From: an uncultured Acidobacteriota bacterium
GTDB taxonomy: Bacteria; Acidobacteriota; UBA6911
Assembly (NCBI GenBank): GCA_963827655.1
Contig: CAWHCF010000036.1
Coordinates: 128,001-192,000 of the forward strand
Direction: 5' to 3'
Length of the DNA: 64,000 nt
How positions within the stretch are numbered: the stretch's first letter is position 1; the number at the start of each line of letters is the position of its first letter. Under the pieces are notes generated by a model. That model was not told the DNA's origin, did not search any database, and was given only the letters and a program-made list of their open reading frames with translations. Shown here one piece after another: positions 10,586 to 20,928 of the stretch. The position numbers and the translations under genes are program-made.

Positions 10586-13500
10586 ATGACACCTCACCGT
10601 TTAGGGAAAATCTTGGTCGAACGCATGCTGGGTCTCGGTTTGGCGCTAAGTTTGGCAACGGCAACGGCCATGGCGCAGACCGGCGCCAACACCGGCTTGC
10701 AGGGAAGGGTCATGGACCCGTCGGGCGCCTCCATTCCGGGTGCCGCCGTTACCCTGGTTCGGGTGGAGACCGGGGAACGGAGAGTGGTGACAACCAGCGA
10801 GGAGGGCAACTGGGAGGCTCGCTTCCTGACCCCGGGAAACTATCAGCTCATCTTCGAGCAAACCGGTTTCAAGAAGCTGGTCCGGGATGGACTCTCGGTG
10901 TCGACTGCCGAGATGGCCACCGTCAACGTCGAGCTGCAAGTGGGTGACGTGGGACAGAGCATCGAGGTGGTCTCCAACGCCGAGATGGTTTCCTCCAACT
11001 CGGCCACGGTGGTTCGCACGCTGGATCGAGTGGAACTGGAATCCCTCCCGACCTCCTCGCGAAACTTCACGCAGCTTCTGGTGATTGAGCCGGGGGTGTC
11101 GGCGGATATCAGCGAACTGCTATCGAACGATAACGCCTCCATTTCGCCGAGCGTCAACGGCGCCCGCACGACCAACAACAGCTTCGTGTTCAACGGAGTC
11201 GACGTCACCAACCTGCTGTGCTGCAACAGCCGCATCAACGGCGCCAGGGGGACCATAGACGAGGGCGGAGGCTCACTTTCGCGCAACGTGGCGCCGGCCC
11301 TCGAGACCCTGGAAGAAGTCAAGCTCCAGACCAGCCTCTACGATGCGGCCACAGGACGCAACGGAGGCGGCAACTTCCAGCTGGTCTCCAAGAGCGGAAC
11401 CAACGAGTTTCACGGCAGCGTCTATCATTTCTTTCAGAACGACGCGCTGATCGCCAACGACTTCTTCTTCAATCGCGCCGGCCTGGAGCGCCCGCTTCTG
11501 CGGCGCAACGAGGGCGGCTTCACGGTGGGAGGGCCGATCATCCGCAACCGGACTTTCTTCTTCGGCTCCTACCAGATCACGCGCGCCAGAACCTCCTTCG
11601 TGGACGAGGCCACCAACACGCGCCGGCTGCCGAGGGCCCTCACCGATGATCGCTCGGACGACGGCATCAACCGCTTTGCTCAGGCCGTCTGGGCCACCAA
11701 CGGCGGCCCGGTGAACTTCGCCATGATCAACCCTATCTCGAGAGCCCTGCTCAAGGCCAAGTTTCCGGATGGCTCCTACATGATCCCATCGGGCTCCAAC
11801 GGAATCGACTGTGCCAGACTAGCCAACCGGATTGCCGAGAGCTGCGCCGTCGTCTCGGTGATTCCGGCAACCTTCGACCAGGACCAGTTCAGTGTCAACA
11901 TCGACCACCAGCTCACCCTGGCCAACAAGTTCAGCGGCAAGTTCTTTTTCACTAACCAGCCGAGCGTGGACCCGCTGGCCAACGGCAATGCCCTGACCCT
12001 GCACGAGCGCAACGAACAGACGGCACAGCGGACAATTTCGCTCACCGATCTGCACGTGTTCGGCCCGCGGGTGGTCAACGAGTTCCGCGCGGGGTTCTTC
12101 CGCAACCGGAACAACAATGAGGCGGTGGCGTACTTCACCAACGCCGAGTTCGGCATCCAGAACCCGCTGGCATCCGACGTGCCGGACCTCTCCCAGATCA
12201 ACATAGCGGCCGGGGGTAACAACACCACCGCTGTGGGCGATCCGATCCGCTTCGGAACGCTGGCCGACGGCACGCGCATCTTCGACGTCCAGAACACCTT
12301 CATCTATGCCGACACGCTCTCCTGGACGAAGGGACGGCACTCCCTGAAGTTCGGGGGCGAGTTCCGCCGGCACCAGTTGAACGGCAACCTGCAGGAGGGC
12401 CGCAACCGGCGTCACAACCTGCGCAGCTGGTTCGACTTCCTCACGGTCGGATACCTGCACCCGGGCGATGCCAACCGGGCCAGGCAGATTACCGACTCCA
12501 GCTTGAACTACGGCGAGACGGTCCGGGGCTACCGGATGTCAGACTGGAACTGGTTCCTCGCCGACGATTGGAAAGTCACGCGCAGCCTCACTCTCAACAT
12601 CGGCATCCGTCATGAGATCTTCGGCTATCCGTCGGAAGTGAACGGATTCATGGTCACCTACGATTACCCGGCGGCTCTGGCTACCGGCATGGTCCAGGAC
12701 GGGTTTCTGTTCGCCTCCAACTTCGACGAGAATTCCGTTCCCGGCGCGGCCGGGCTGGGACTGAAGAAATCCGACAGCAAGAGCATCATTCCGAGCGACT
12801 ACAACAACTTCATGCCGCGCTTCGGATTCGCCTGGTCTCCTTTCGCGAGCGGCAAATTCGTGATCCGGGGCGGATACGGAATGTTTTACGAGCGCATCAC
12901 GAGCGGTTTCGCCAACTCACTTCGGCAGTCACCGCCGTTCTTCCGCGAGCTCCAGCTCAACAACCTGGGCAACTGGAACACCTACCCGCGTGATACCGGG
13001 TCTTTGCCTCTGCCGCCGATGCAGATCGGGTTCGATGACGGAGAACCGATCCTGGTCTCGACGCTGGACCCCGGTACCGAGTTCGAGGCCTTCGAGACCC
13101 AGATGATCCCGCCCGGACTCGCCACTCCTTACACCCAGCAGTGGACCCTCAATACGCAATGGGAATTCAGGACCAACTGGTTGTTTGAGCTCGGCTATGT
13201 GGGGACGAAGGGGACCAAGCTGCTGACCGCCATCAACGCCAACCAGCCGCTCGACATCGACACCGTCGGCTTCCTGCCCCGGCCGGGCGTCCCCGGCGGG
13301 GGCTTCATTGGAAACTACTACACGATCGTCAACGATCAGTTTGTCAACCTGCGGACACCCCCGTCCGGATGCGACCTGACCGACGATCCGGGCGAGTGCA
13401 CCATCGCGGCCGAGTTGCGGGGAGCGCTTCTGGGACTCGACGAAGACGAAGGGGCCAACACCCTGTTCTCCAATGCCAACTCCATCTACCATTCTCTTCA

Positions 13501-14180
13501 GGCCGGACTGACCAAGCGCTACAGCCGGGGAGTGCTGGCGAACGTGAACTATACCTTCTCACGCTCGCTCGACACTTACTCCGACGAAGGCAAGTACCAG
13601 GTCGAGCACGATCAGACCAGGCCCTTTCTGAACCGCGGACTTTCGGATTTCCATCGCAAGCACCGGCTCATCATGAGCTGGACCTGGGATTTACCGTTCA
13701 GGGGCAACCGTTTTGCCGATGGCTGGCAGATCTCCGGCGTGGGCACCTTCCAGTCCGGGCCGGCCCTTTTCGATCATCGACGGCGACTTCAGCGGCTTTC
13801 TGTTCGCATCGCAGAATCCCCGGCCGAACCTGGCGCCGGGCGCCACCCATGAGGATCTGGTGACGGAAGGGTCCGTCACCTCGCGGATAAACAATTACCT
13901 GAATCCGGACGCCGTGGCGTTTTCGGGGGCTCAATTCGGCAACCTGGGGCGCAACGTAGTCATTGGTCCCGACCAGCGCCGAGTGGACGTGAGCGTATCG
14001 AAACGGACGCGCTTGACCGAACGGACCTCGCTGGAGTTTCGCACCGAGGCATACAACATCACGAACACGCCGTCGTTTCGCAATCCCGAGCGCAACATCG
14101 TGAATGCGTCGTTCGGCCAGATCACCAGGACTCGGGGAGGACCGCGAGTGATTCAGTTCGCCCTCAAGCTGCGGTTCTGA
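10586..14180 (+). CDS. TonB-dependent receptor, frameshift near 13760
   Basis: Signal peptide, GRVMDPSGASIPGA, KSGTNEFHG, NNFMPRFG; C-terminal QFALKLRF in ORF 13713-14180. Confidence 0.9.
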
Positions 14181-14228
14181 AACGCGCTCCACTGATGGCT
14201 GCCTACGGATGGAATCGGTGAGCGGCGA

Positions 14229-14284
14229 GTCTCCGTGTCTAGGTACGCAGCGAACAAATACCTCCAGGACGCAAAGACACGAAG
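14229..14284. repeat. Palindromic-repeat family, degenerate copy (loop type B)
   Basis: ...GCAGCGAACAAATACCTCCAGGACGCAAAGACACGAAG, similar to 30230-30264. Confidence 0.7.
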
Positions 14285-14313
14285 CAATATTTGCCAAAAG
14301 ACGTGCTCGGTGC

Positions 14314-14554
14314 TTACCTGGGGAGGAGGAACAGGACAAGCTGCGTCCACCTCCTGAAACCGCGGTCGAAAGTCACTAACGTGGAGGACTGACGGACTGC
14401 GAACGCGGCGAGATAGGCATCAGTCCACGAGGTACCCGCGTTTGGATGGTTCATCAGATCAACCCACAGGCCTCCAGACCGGCCGGCTCAGTTACGCGGC
14501 GTGATGCTCGTGCCGTTCGGACGCCAGTGCCAGCCACACGTTGGCATCAATCAA
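14314..14554 (-). pseudogene. vapC: VapC (PIN) toxin with internal deletion
   Basis: N-terminus (L)IDANVWLALASERHEHHAA-stop abuts C-terminal EPAGLE..WTDAYLAAFA..LVTFDRGFRR; the middle of the domain is absent. Confidence 0.75.
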
Positions 14555-14781
14555 GAAGGTCTTCGATCTCGGCATTGGTCATCGATTTGATCTTGCCTGG
14601 ATGCTTGGATTTCAGCAGTGGAAGTTTGACCTGGTAACGCCGTTTGGCAGCTTGGCGGGTTCGGGCTACCTCTTTCTCGATTGCTCTCACAACGAAGGAT
14701 CTCAGGCTCTTGCCGCTCCGGGCGGCCAGAGGCCTTCACCTCACGGAACATCATGTCCGGTATTTCGATTGTCGTTCTCAT
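14547..14781 (-). CDS. RHH/VapB-type antitoxin, one frameshift near 14730
   Basis: MRTTIEIPDMMFREVKA..AARSGKSLRSFVVRAIEKEV...VKLPLL; stop overlaps vapC start. Confidence 0.75.
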
Positions 14782-14843
14782 AGAGTCAAATACCGCAAAA
14801 AGGCGTATTTGCGTCAAAAAGGCGCGTGCTTTCTGGCAAGATT

Positions 14844-14924
14844 CTTGGTGTTTCTTCGTGTCTTTGAGTCTTAGTGGTATCTGATTAGACAGCTCTAACC
14901 ACGAAGACACGAAGAAACACTAAG
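14844..14924. repeat. Palindromic-repeat family, complete unit (loop type A)
   Basis: CTTGGTGTTTCTTCGTGTCTTTGAGTCTTAGTGGT-ATCTGATTAGACAGCTCTA-ACCACGAAGACACGAAGAAACACTAAG. Confidence 0.92.
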
Positions 14925-14950
14925 GGCACTTTGATTGCGGCCTCACGGCT

Positions 14951-16384
14951 TCATTGTGTCTTGAGATAAAGAAGCGACTCCCCTTCAAACGGCGCTTTGA
15001 ATTGCTGTGCCTGGCCAGTCGACTCCACGGAGCCGGTACCCGCCGCCACATTTGTCGCGGGATCGATCCATTCGTAACGATACTTGCCCGCTTTCATTTC
15101 CACCGAAAACGTCTCTCCCGGTTTGGGCTGATAAATCAGGTACTCCAGACCTGGGTTGGCCAGGCAGTAACCGGTGGACGCAAGGTCGGGGCGTGGCTGC
15201 AAGCGGGCGAGGTTGACCCGTTCCGCCAGGCGGCGCGCGTGCCCCAGCGCCAGGCGAATCGGCTCCCAGCGGGGATCGGACGGCTCTCCCAGGACTGAAC
15301 CATCGTAGGGATCCATGAATATCGGATTGTGCCCGCGAAGAAAGCTTCTCCAAACCCAGGCCGCGCTGCCGCCAACGCCCCAGATGTGGTCCGTGTCCAG
15401 GAGGCTGACCTTCTTGCCGTCCCAGGCCGGAGGGTCTTCGCCGTAGCCGTCCACGCGTCCAGGCGAGATCCAGTCCGCCGTGCTGGCCAACATGTCGGCC
15501 AATCTCTCCGCGCCATGACCCGTAAGCCCGACGGGGTGCTGTTTGGGCTTGGTCCGCTGGTAGGCGCGAATCGTGTCAACCACCCACCAGTCCCATTCCT
15601 TGTGACCACCTTCGTTGATCACCTCGTAGAGCACGTTGTCGAATTCGTTGACCGTATCAACCACCTTGCTGATGTAGGTGGCCTGAATCGCGCTGACAGC
15701 CGGGTTCTTCAGGCTGTGGACCTGACCGCCGATGCCCTCGGGATCCGTGCCTGCATCGATGCCATTGACGTTGTTGTCAGGGTGAAACGGATGGGCGCGC
15801 CACGCCCAGCCGGCCGGCGCGGCTCGGCCGCGGTTTCCGTGCATCAACCCCCAGCCCTCGAACAGCATTACCGACACATGAATTCCCCGTCGTCCCGCCG
15901 CGCTGACTCGCGCCCGCAGCCGATCGAAATAGGCAGGATCGAACTTCTTCAGATCGAACTTCGGCTTGCCGTCGCGCGCCTGCCCCGGCCCGGTCCGCGC
16001 CCAGGGGAGTGGAGCGACGTGATGCACGAAGTCTTTGCCCAACCGTCCGTTTGCCCGCGTGTCCCAGAGTGTCGAGTCCCATGCCCAAAGCCGGATGAAG
16101 TTGTGGTGATGGCGCTCGAGAAAATCCAGGTAGGCTTCGAAGTCAAAGCCGGACGGCGGATCGTCGCGCGCCATGTCCACCAGATTGTTCCAGGTATGGG
16201 AGCCGGTCAGATATACGACCTTTAAGGATCCGTCCGGATTCCTGGTTCCGTCGGTGAAGTAGCGCGGATTGTCCGGGTGGATACGCAGAGGCCCCCGGGC
16301 GGGCGCCGCAGCGACAACAGCGCACGAGATCGACAGCGCCATGGCTATGAGGATTCGAATCCACCGGGTGTATCTGGGGTTCAT
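14951..16384 (-). CDS. Secreted GH-A clan-like TIM-barrel protein (DUF4038/DUF6298-like) with C-terminal collagen-binding-like domain
   Basis: Signal peptide, HPDNPRYF, NFIRLW, NVLYEVINE, ASTGYCLANPGLEYLIY, EWIDPAT. Confidence 0.65.
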   Translation of the reverse strand: MNPRYTRWIRILIAMALSISCAVVAAAPARGPLRIHPDNPRYFTDGTRNPDGSLKVVYLTGSHTWNNLVDMARDDPPSGFDFEAYLDFLERHHHNFIRLWAWDSTLWDTRANGRLGKDFVHHVAPLPWARTGPGQARDGKPKFDLKKFDPAYFDRLRARVSAAGRRGIHVSVMLFEGWGLMHGNRGRAAPAGWAWRAHPFHPDNNVNGIDAGTDPEGIGGQVHSLKNPAVSAIQATYISKVVDTVNEFDNVLYEVINEGGHKEWDWWVVDTIRAYQRTKPKQHPVGLTGHGAERLADMLASTADWISPGRVDGYGEDPPAWDGKKVSLLDTDHIWGVGGSAAWVWRSFLRGHNPIFMDPYDGSVLGEPSDPRWEPIRLALGHARRLAERVNLARLQPRPDLASTGYCLANPGLEYLIYQPKPGETFSVEMKAGKYRYEWIDPATNVAAGTGSVESTGQAQQFKAPFEGESLLYLKTQ

Positions 16385-16573
16385 ATGCCGCCAGTGTTTC
16401 TCAAAACGGGAACTCAGTCAATCTCCTGTGAAGCGATGGTGGAGTTCCACTGGATGCCTTGCCGGCCCTGGAAGGCATGCTGGACCTGGGGCCGATGCTT
16501 TTCCCGATGTGAAATGCTTCTTGAAACGGAACCTTAAACGGAATACATTTGGTATTCTCTTGAGGATGAATGC

Positions 16574-16831
16574 ATGGGCACCACTAAAGTATCCTTCTCG
16601 ATTCATCACGAGCTCCTCCACTCCCTGGATGCGCTGGCTGGCCAAATCGGATCGTCGAGGAGTTCCTTGATCGAGGAAGCAATCCGTCTTCATCTCCAAC
16701 GAGTTAAGGGTTTGGAATTCCGTCGCCAAATATCGGAGGCTTATGCTGATGGACTGGATAAGGTCGAACGGCGTCAGCTGGCCGGGATGAAGCGGAAGGC
16801 CCGGAAGATAGCGAGTCGGGAGAAATGGTAA
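16574..16831 (+). CDS. CopG/RHH antitoxin
   Basis: TKVSFSI..LLHSLDALA...SRSSLIEEAIR; overlaps mazF start. Confidence 0.85.
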   Translation: MGTTKVSFSIHHELLHSLDALAGQIGSSRSSLIEEAIRLHLQRVKGLEFRRQISEAYADGLDKVERRQLAGMKRKARKIASREKW

Positions 16832-17184
16832 TCAATCAAGGCGACCTGTTCTGGCTCGATCTTCCCGAAGCCAAAGATTCACGTCCCGCCTATTCGCACC
16901 CTTGTGTGGTGGTCCAGAATGACATCCTTAACCACAGCCCGATCCAGACCACAATTGTATGTTTCCTGACCTCCAATCTGCGCCGAGCCAAGAGCCCCGC
17001 CAATGTTCTCTTGGAGGAAGGCGAATCCAATTTGCCAAAGTCTAGCGTGGTGGTGGTGACTCAGATGCTCACTGTGGACAAGGCAGACCTCGTGAATAAG
17101 ATAGGGTCGCTATCGTCTCATCGCTTGCAGCAGATTATCCGAGGCGTTCACTGGATTCTGGATACCGATCCGACCTTTCCGTGA
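16825..17184 (+). CDS. mazF: PemK/MazF family toxin
   Basis: QGDLFWLDL, HPCVVVQND, LTSNL, NLPKSSVVVVTQMLTVDK. Confidence 0.9.
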   Translation: MVINQGDLFWLDLPEAKDSRPAYSHPCVVVQNDILNHSPIQTTIVCFLTSNLRRAKSPANVLLEEGESNLPKSSVVVVTQMLTVDKADLVNKIGSLSSHRLQQIIRGVHWILDTDPTFP

Positions 17185-17289
17185 GCTTGCGTCTATTTCA
17201 TACCCGCGAATTCGGTCTAGCCCATGTTCTACCCGGAATAGTCTTTTCTGGACCATAATGCCTGGTGAGAGCCGGAGGCACGTGAGCGT

Positions 17290-18879
17290 GTGAAGACCTA
17301 TCGGAGAAGGACCAGCGGTTTGCGGGTCACAGTGCTGCTGATCGCCGTTGCCGTGTGCTCCTGCGGACGGACAGCGCCGGTCGAGCCTGCGCCAACGCCG
17401 CGGCCACACGCCCTGATTCCCCTTCCGGTTTCTGCACAGTTTGACGCGGGCCGGCATTTTTCGGTCACAGATGCCACCACAATCTTCGTCAGCCCGGCCG
17501 ACGAAACGGTAACCCGCATAGGCCGATTCCTCGCGGAGGTCATCGGACCGTCGCCGGATTCGAATCCACGGGTCGAGCCCGCAGGCGCTTCGCTGCCTGC
17601 CGGAAGCATTTCGTTGTCGCTGGGCCGGAATCCATCACTCGGAGAGGAAGGCTATGAGTTGGCGATTACGACCGAGAGCGTGAGGCTGGTCGCCAATCAG
17701 CCGGCCGGCTTGTTCTACGGCGTGCAGACCCTGCGCCAGCTTCTTCCCGTGATGGTCGAATACGAAGCGGCGCGCCGGCCCCAGCAGCCGATTTCACTGC
17801 CGGCGGTCCGAATCGCGGACTATCCCCGGTTCGAATGGCGCGGCGCCATGCTCGATGTCGCGCGGCATTTCTTTCCGGTCGAAGAGGTCAAGCGATATAT
17901 CGACCTGATGGCGCTGCACAAGATGAACCGCCTGCACCTTCACCTTTCGGACGATCAAGGATGGCGCATCGAGATCAGGGCCTGGCCGAACCTTACGACG
18001 CACGGCGGGAGCACCGAAGTGGGAGGCACTCCCGGCGGGTACTATTCGCAACAACAGTACGCGGAGATCACGGCGTATGCCGCTGAGCGCTTCATCACGA
18101 TCGTGCCCGAGATCGACCTGCCCGGACACACCAACGCGGCGCTCGCTTCGTACCCGGAGCTGAACTGTAACGGCGCGGCGCCGCCCTTGTACTCCGGGAT
18201 CGACGTCGGGTTCAGCACCCTCTGCGTCGATAAGGACGTGACCTACAAGTTCCTGAACGATGTGATTCGCGAGATCGCAAGCATGACGCCGGGTTCTTAC
18301 TTCCACGCCGGCGGAGACGAGGTCAAGAAACTCACGGCCGAGCAGTATCGCCGTTTCATCGAACGCGTGCAGGATATCGTAAAGGCGAACGGCAAACGGA
18401 TGATCGGGTGGGATGAGGTCGCCGCCGCCAAGCTTCTGCCCACTTCCATCGTGCAGCACTGGCGTCCGGACGCGAGCGCGTCGAGCCTGTCAGCGAGCCC
18501 CTGCGCTGATCCTTTCACCCGCAAACCGCGTTTATCTCGACATGAAGTACGACGAGCGGACGATTCTCGGGATTGGACTGGGCGGCGCTGATCGAGATCC
18601 GGGATGCTTACGACTGGGACCCGGCGACGCTCATGACCGGTGTCAACCCGCGCGCCCTCCTCGGCGTGGAGGCGCCTTTGTGGTCGGAGACGCTGGGCGA
18701 TATCCGGGATGTCGAGTTCATGGCGTTCCCGCGGCTCGCGGCTGTCGCGGAGGTCGGCTGGTCGCCGAGACCAGGACAGGAACTGGAACGACTTCAGAGC
18801 CCGTCTTGGCGCCCAGGGGCCCCGCTGGACGGCGCTGGGCATCAATTTCTATCGCTCGCCCCAGGTGACGTGGCAATAG
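17290..18879 (+). CDS. Beta-N-acetylhexosaminidase (GH20) lipoprotein, several frameshifts in the 3' third
   Basis: Lipobox-like VCSC, DYPRFEWRGAMLDVARHF, HLHLSDDQGWR, VPEIDLPGH, HAGGDE, GVEAPLWSE. Confidence 0.9.
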
Positions 18880-18964
18880 AGGTGCTGCCGTGGCCCGAAA
18901 TGGCCAAACCTCAGCAGGCGAAGCAAGCTGCCGCACTCCTAAATACGGAGGAGAGGTTCACCCT

Positions 18965-19951
18965 ATGATCAAGCATTCGATCACAGGTTCCACCATCCAG
19001 ATCGAAACCGATGCGCTCAGGGCAGAGATCCGCACGGAGGGTTATGTCTCGGGGGTCGCGGGGGGTACCCTGCACGACAAGAAGAGCGGGGCGCGCGACC
19101 TGGGACATGGACTCAGCATCGTGGACTTCCTTCTGGAGCCGGCGCCGGCGGGCGAACGCCCCGCCGAGGGGCAGTACCAGTTCGGGGCAGGCGCGATGCT
19201 GCGCTTTCATGGACGCATCCCCAAGCGTTACGTCGAAGGGCCTCAGATATGCACGAAGGCCGGAAAGCTCCCTTTCGAAATTATCCAGGGAGAGGGATTC
19301 CTGGCCGTCCGGCAGTGGTTCACGTGGCATCAGGCCTATCCTCCGCATCAGGCGGGGTCGCGCTGGGAGCAGATTCTCGTATTTCCCGAAAACACTCGAT
19401 ATTTTTTCAGCGCGGATCGCGTGACCACCGTCAACACCTCGGATTCGCTCTTTTTTCGCGTGGACATGCCAGGCCACATCAAGCACCGTTCGGGCGATTT
19501 GTTCGACCACATCTATCTGAGTTACGGCGATATGACCATTCCATCCACGGAGTTCACCGCCGACTTCCCCCCTGACGGCCGTTTCCTGTATCAGCGAGGC
19601 AAGCAATCGCTGCCCGATCGATTCATTCGAGCGTATCAGGTCGTTCTGGCTGGTAAACCCGGTCCGTGGCTCGCCGGAATGACGCTCCAGCCCTCGGATG
19701 TCTATGAAGCGTGGTGTCACCAGCGCGGCTATGTCTGTCTGATCGAAGAGTTGGGCGGCTGGTCTACCAAGCCGGGCGACACTCTGGGGGCCGCCTATAT
19801 CGTCGGTTGGTTCAGCGACGTCGCCGAGATGCACTCCGCCTATGACTCCCACCGCGGCTGGAGCGGGATCGCGCTCGACGGGCCGGCCCAACGTCCCACA
19901 CGATTCAGGGGCCTGAAACAAAAAGAACTGCCGCCGGTAAACAGCCGGTAG
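18965..19951 (+). CDS. Conserved-looking hypothetical protein
   Basis: Intact 328-aa ORF with GGAGAGG RBS; aromatic-rich (RYVEGPQIC, EAWCHQRGYVC); no family recognised. Confidence 0.7.
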   Translation: MIKHSITGSTIQIETDALRAEIRTEGYVSGVAGGTLHDKKSGARDLGHGLSIVDFLLEPAPAGERPAEGQYQFGAGAMLRFHGRIPKRYVEGPQICTKAGKLPFEIIQGEGFLAVRQWFTWHQAYPPHQAGSRWEQILVFPENTRYFFSADRVTTVNTSDSLFFRVDMPGHIKHRSGDLFDHIYLSYGDMTIPSTEFTADFPPDGRFLYQRGKQSLPDRFIRAYQVVLAGKPGPWLAGMTLQPSDVYEAWCHQRGYVCLIEELGGWSTKPGDTLGAAYIVGWFSDVAEMHSAYDSHRGWSGIALDGPAQRPTRFRGLKQKELPPVNSR

Positions 19952-20086
19952 CCCTTTCGACCAACCGGCGGGCAGTGGTCGATCTCGCAGCACCACCCTG
20001 GGCGCTGGTCTTCGCACTTTTGCACGTCGTTGAGTCATCATCGGCCCACGCGAGCCCAACTCACTGTTGCAAGCAGTGGGGTCTCA

Positions 20087-20809
20087 ATGAAGGTACTCAG
20101 CTTCGGCTCAGCCGCCGGAGTTCAGCGTCTGGCTGGCTTAATTGTCTTCGCCGTAGCACTCTTTGGATGTGTGCTGGCGGTGGCGCAGGCCCAGGAGCCG
20201 CCTGCCTGGGCTGATACATTTGTCTCCCGGCTTGAGGCGCTCGCGCTGATGCAGAGTCTCAATGTCGAGATTCTCAGCAGCTCGAGCGCCACACTGAGTC
20301 TCGAGAAGTGGTGCCGCGATCACAGGCTTGCCGAAGAGCCCAAGATTGTCGCACGCCTGATCAGAGGTGTCGACAAGGCGCCCACCGCCGAGCAGCGGCG
20401 ACGGCTTCAGATCACAGGCCGGGAACCAGTGAAATATCGGAGAGTGCAGCTCCGATGCGGCAACCAGGTCCTATCCGAGGCCGAGAATTGGTACGTGCCG
20501 AGCCGGCTGACCGCGGAGATGAACCGACTCCTCGAGACGACCGACACCCCATTCGGAAAGGCCATACAACCGCTCGAGCCATATCGACAAAACCTTGCCG
20601 TCAAGATACTCTGGTCGCCGCTGCCCGATGGCTGGGCGCGCGATTCAAGCCGCAGGTCAACTGACGTCACAACCGACGCGCTCGCGATCCCCGACGCACT
20701 ATTCGAACACCGCGCGATACTTTACACCCGTAAGCACAAACCTTTTTCTGAAGTCCACGAGGTCTACCAGCGGCAGATTCTGGCATTCCCCCAGCCCCGA
20801 CCGTACTGA
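20087..20809 (+). CDS. Exported protein with chorismate lyase/UTRA-like features
   Basis: Signal peptide ending AQA; SATLSLEKWC, YRRVQLRCG..LSEAENWY, TDTPFG, EHRAIL..PFSEVHEVY. Confidence 0.6.
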   Translation: MKVLSFGSAAGVQRLAGLIVFAVALFGCVLAVAQAQEPPAWADTFVSRLEALALMQSLNVEILSSSSATLSLEKWCRDHRLAEEPKIVARLIRGVDKAPTAEQRRRLQITGREPVKYRRVQLRCGNQVLSEAENWYVPSRLTAEMNRLLETTDTPFGKAIQPLEPYRQNLAVKILWSPLPDGWARDSSRRSTDVTTDALAIPDALFEHRAILYTRKHKPFSEVHEVYQRQILAFPQPRPY

Positions 20810-20845
20810 GACGGGGCGAGGTCGAGCAGACCATATCTCCCCCTT

Positions 20846-20923
20846 CTTGGTGTTTTCTTCGTGTCTTCGTGTCTTGGTGGTAGAGCTGCCTAACAGATAC
20901 CACTAAGACTCGAAGACACGAAG
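20846..20923. repeat. Palindromic-repeat family, complete unit (loop A, reverse orientation)
   Basis: CTTGGTGTTTTCTTCGTGTCTTCGTGTCTTGGTGG-TAGAGCTGCCTAACAGATA-CCACTAAGACTCGAAGACACGAAG between convergent genes. Confidence 0.9.
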
Positions 20924-20928
20924 CGGAA

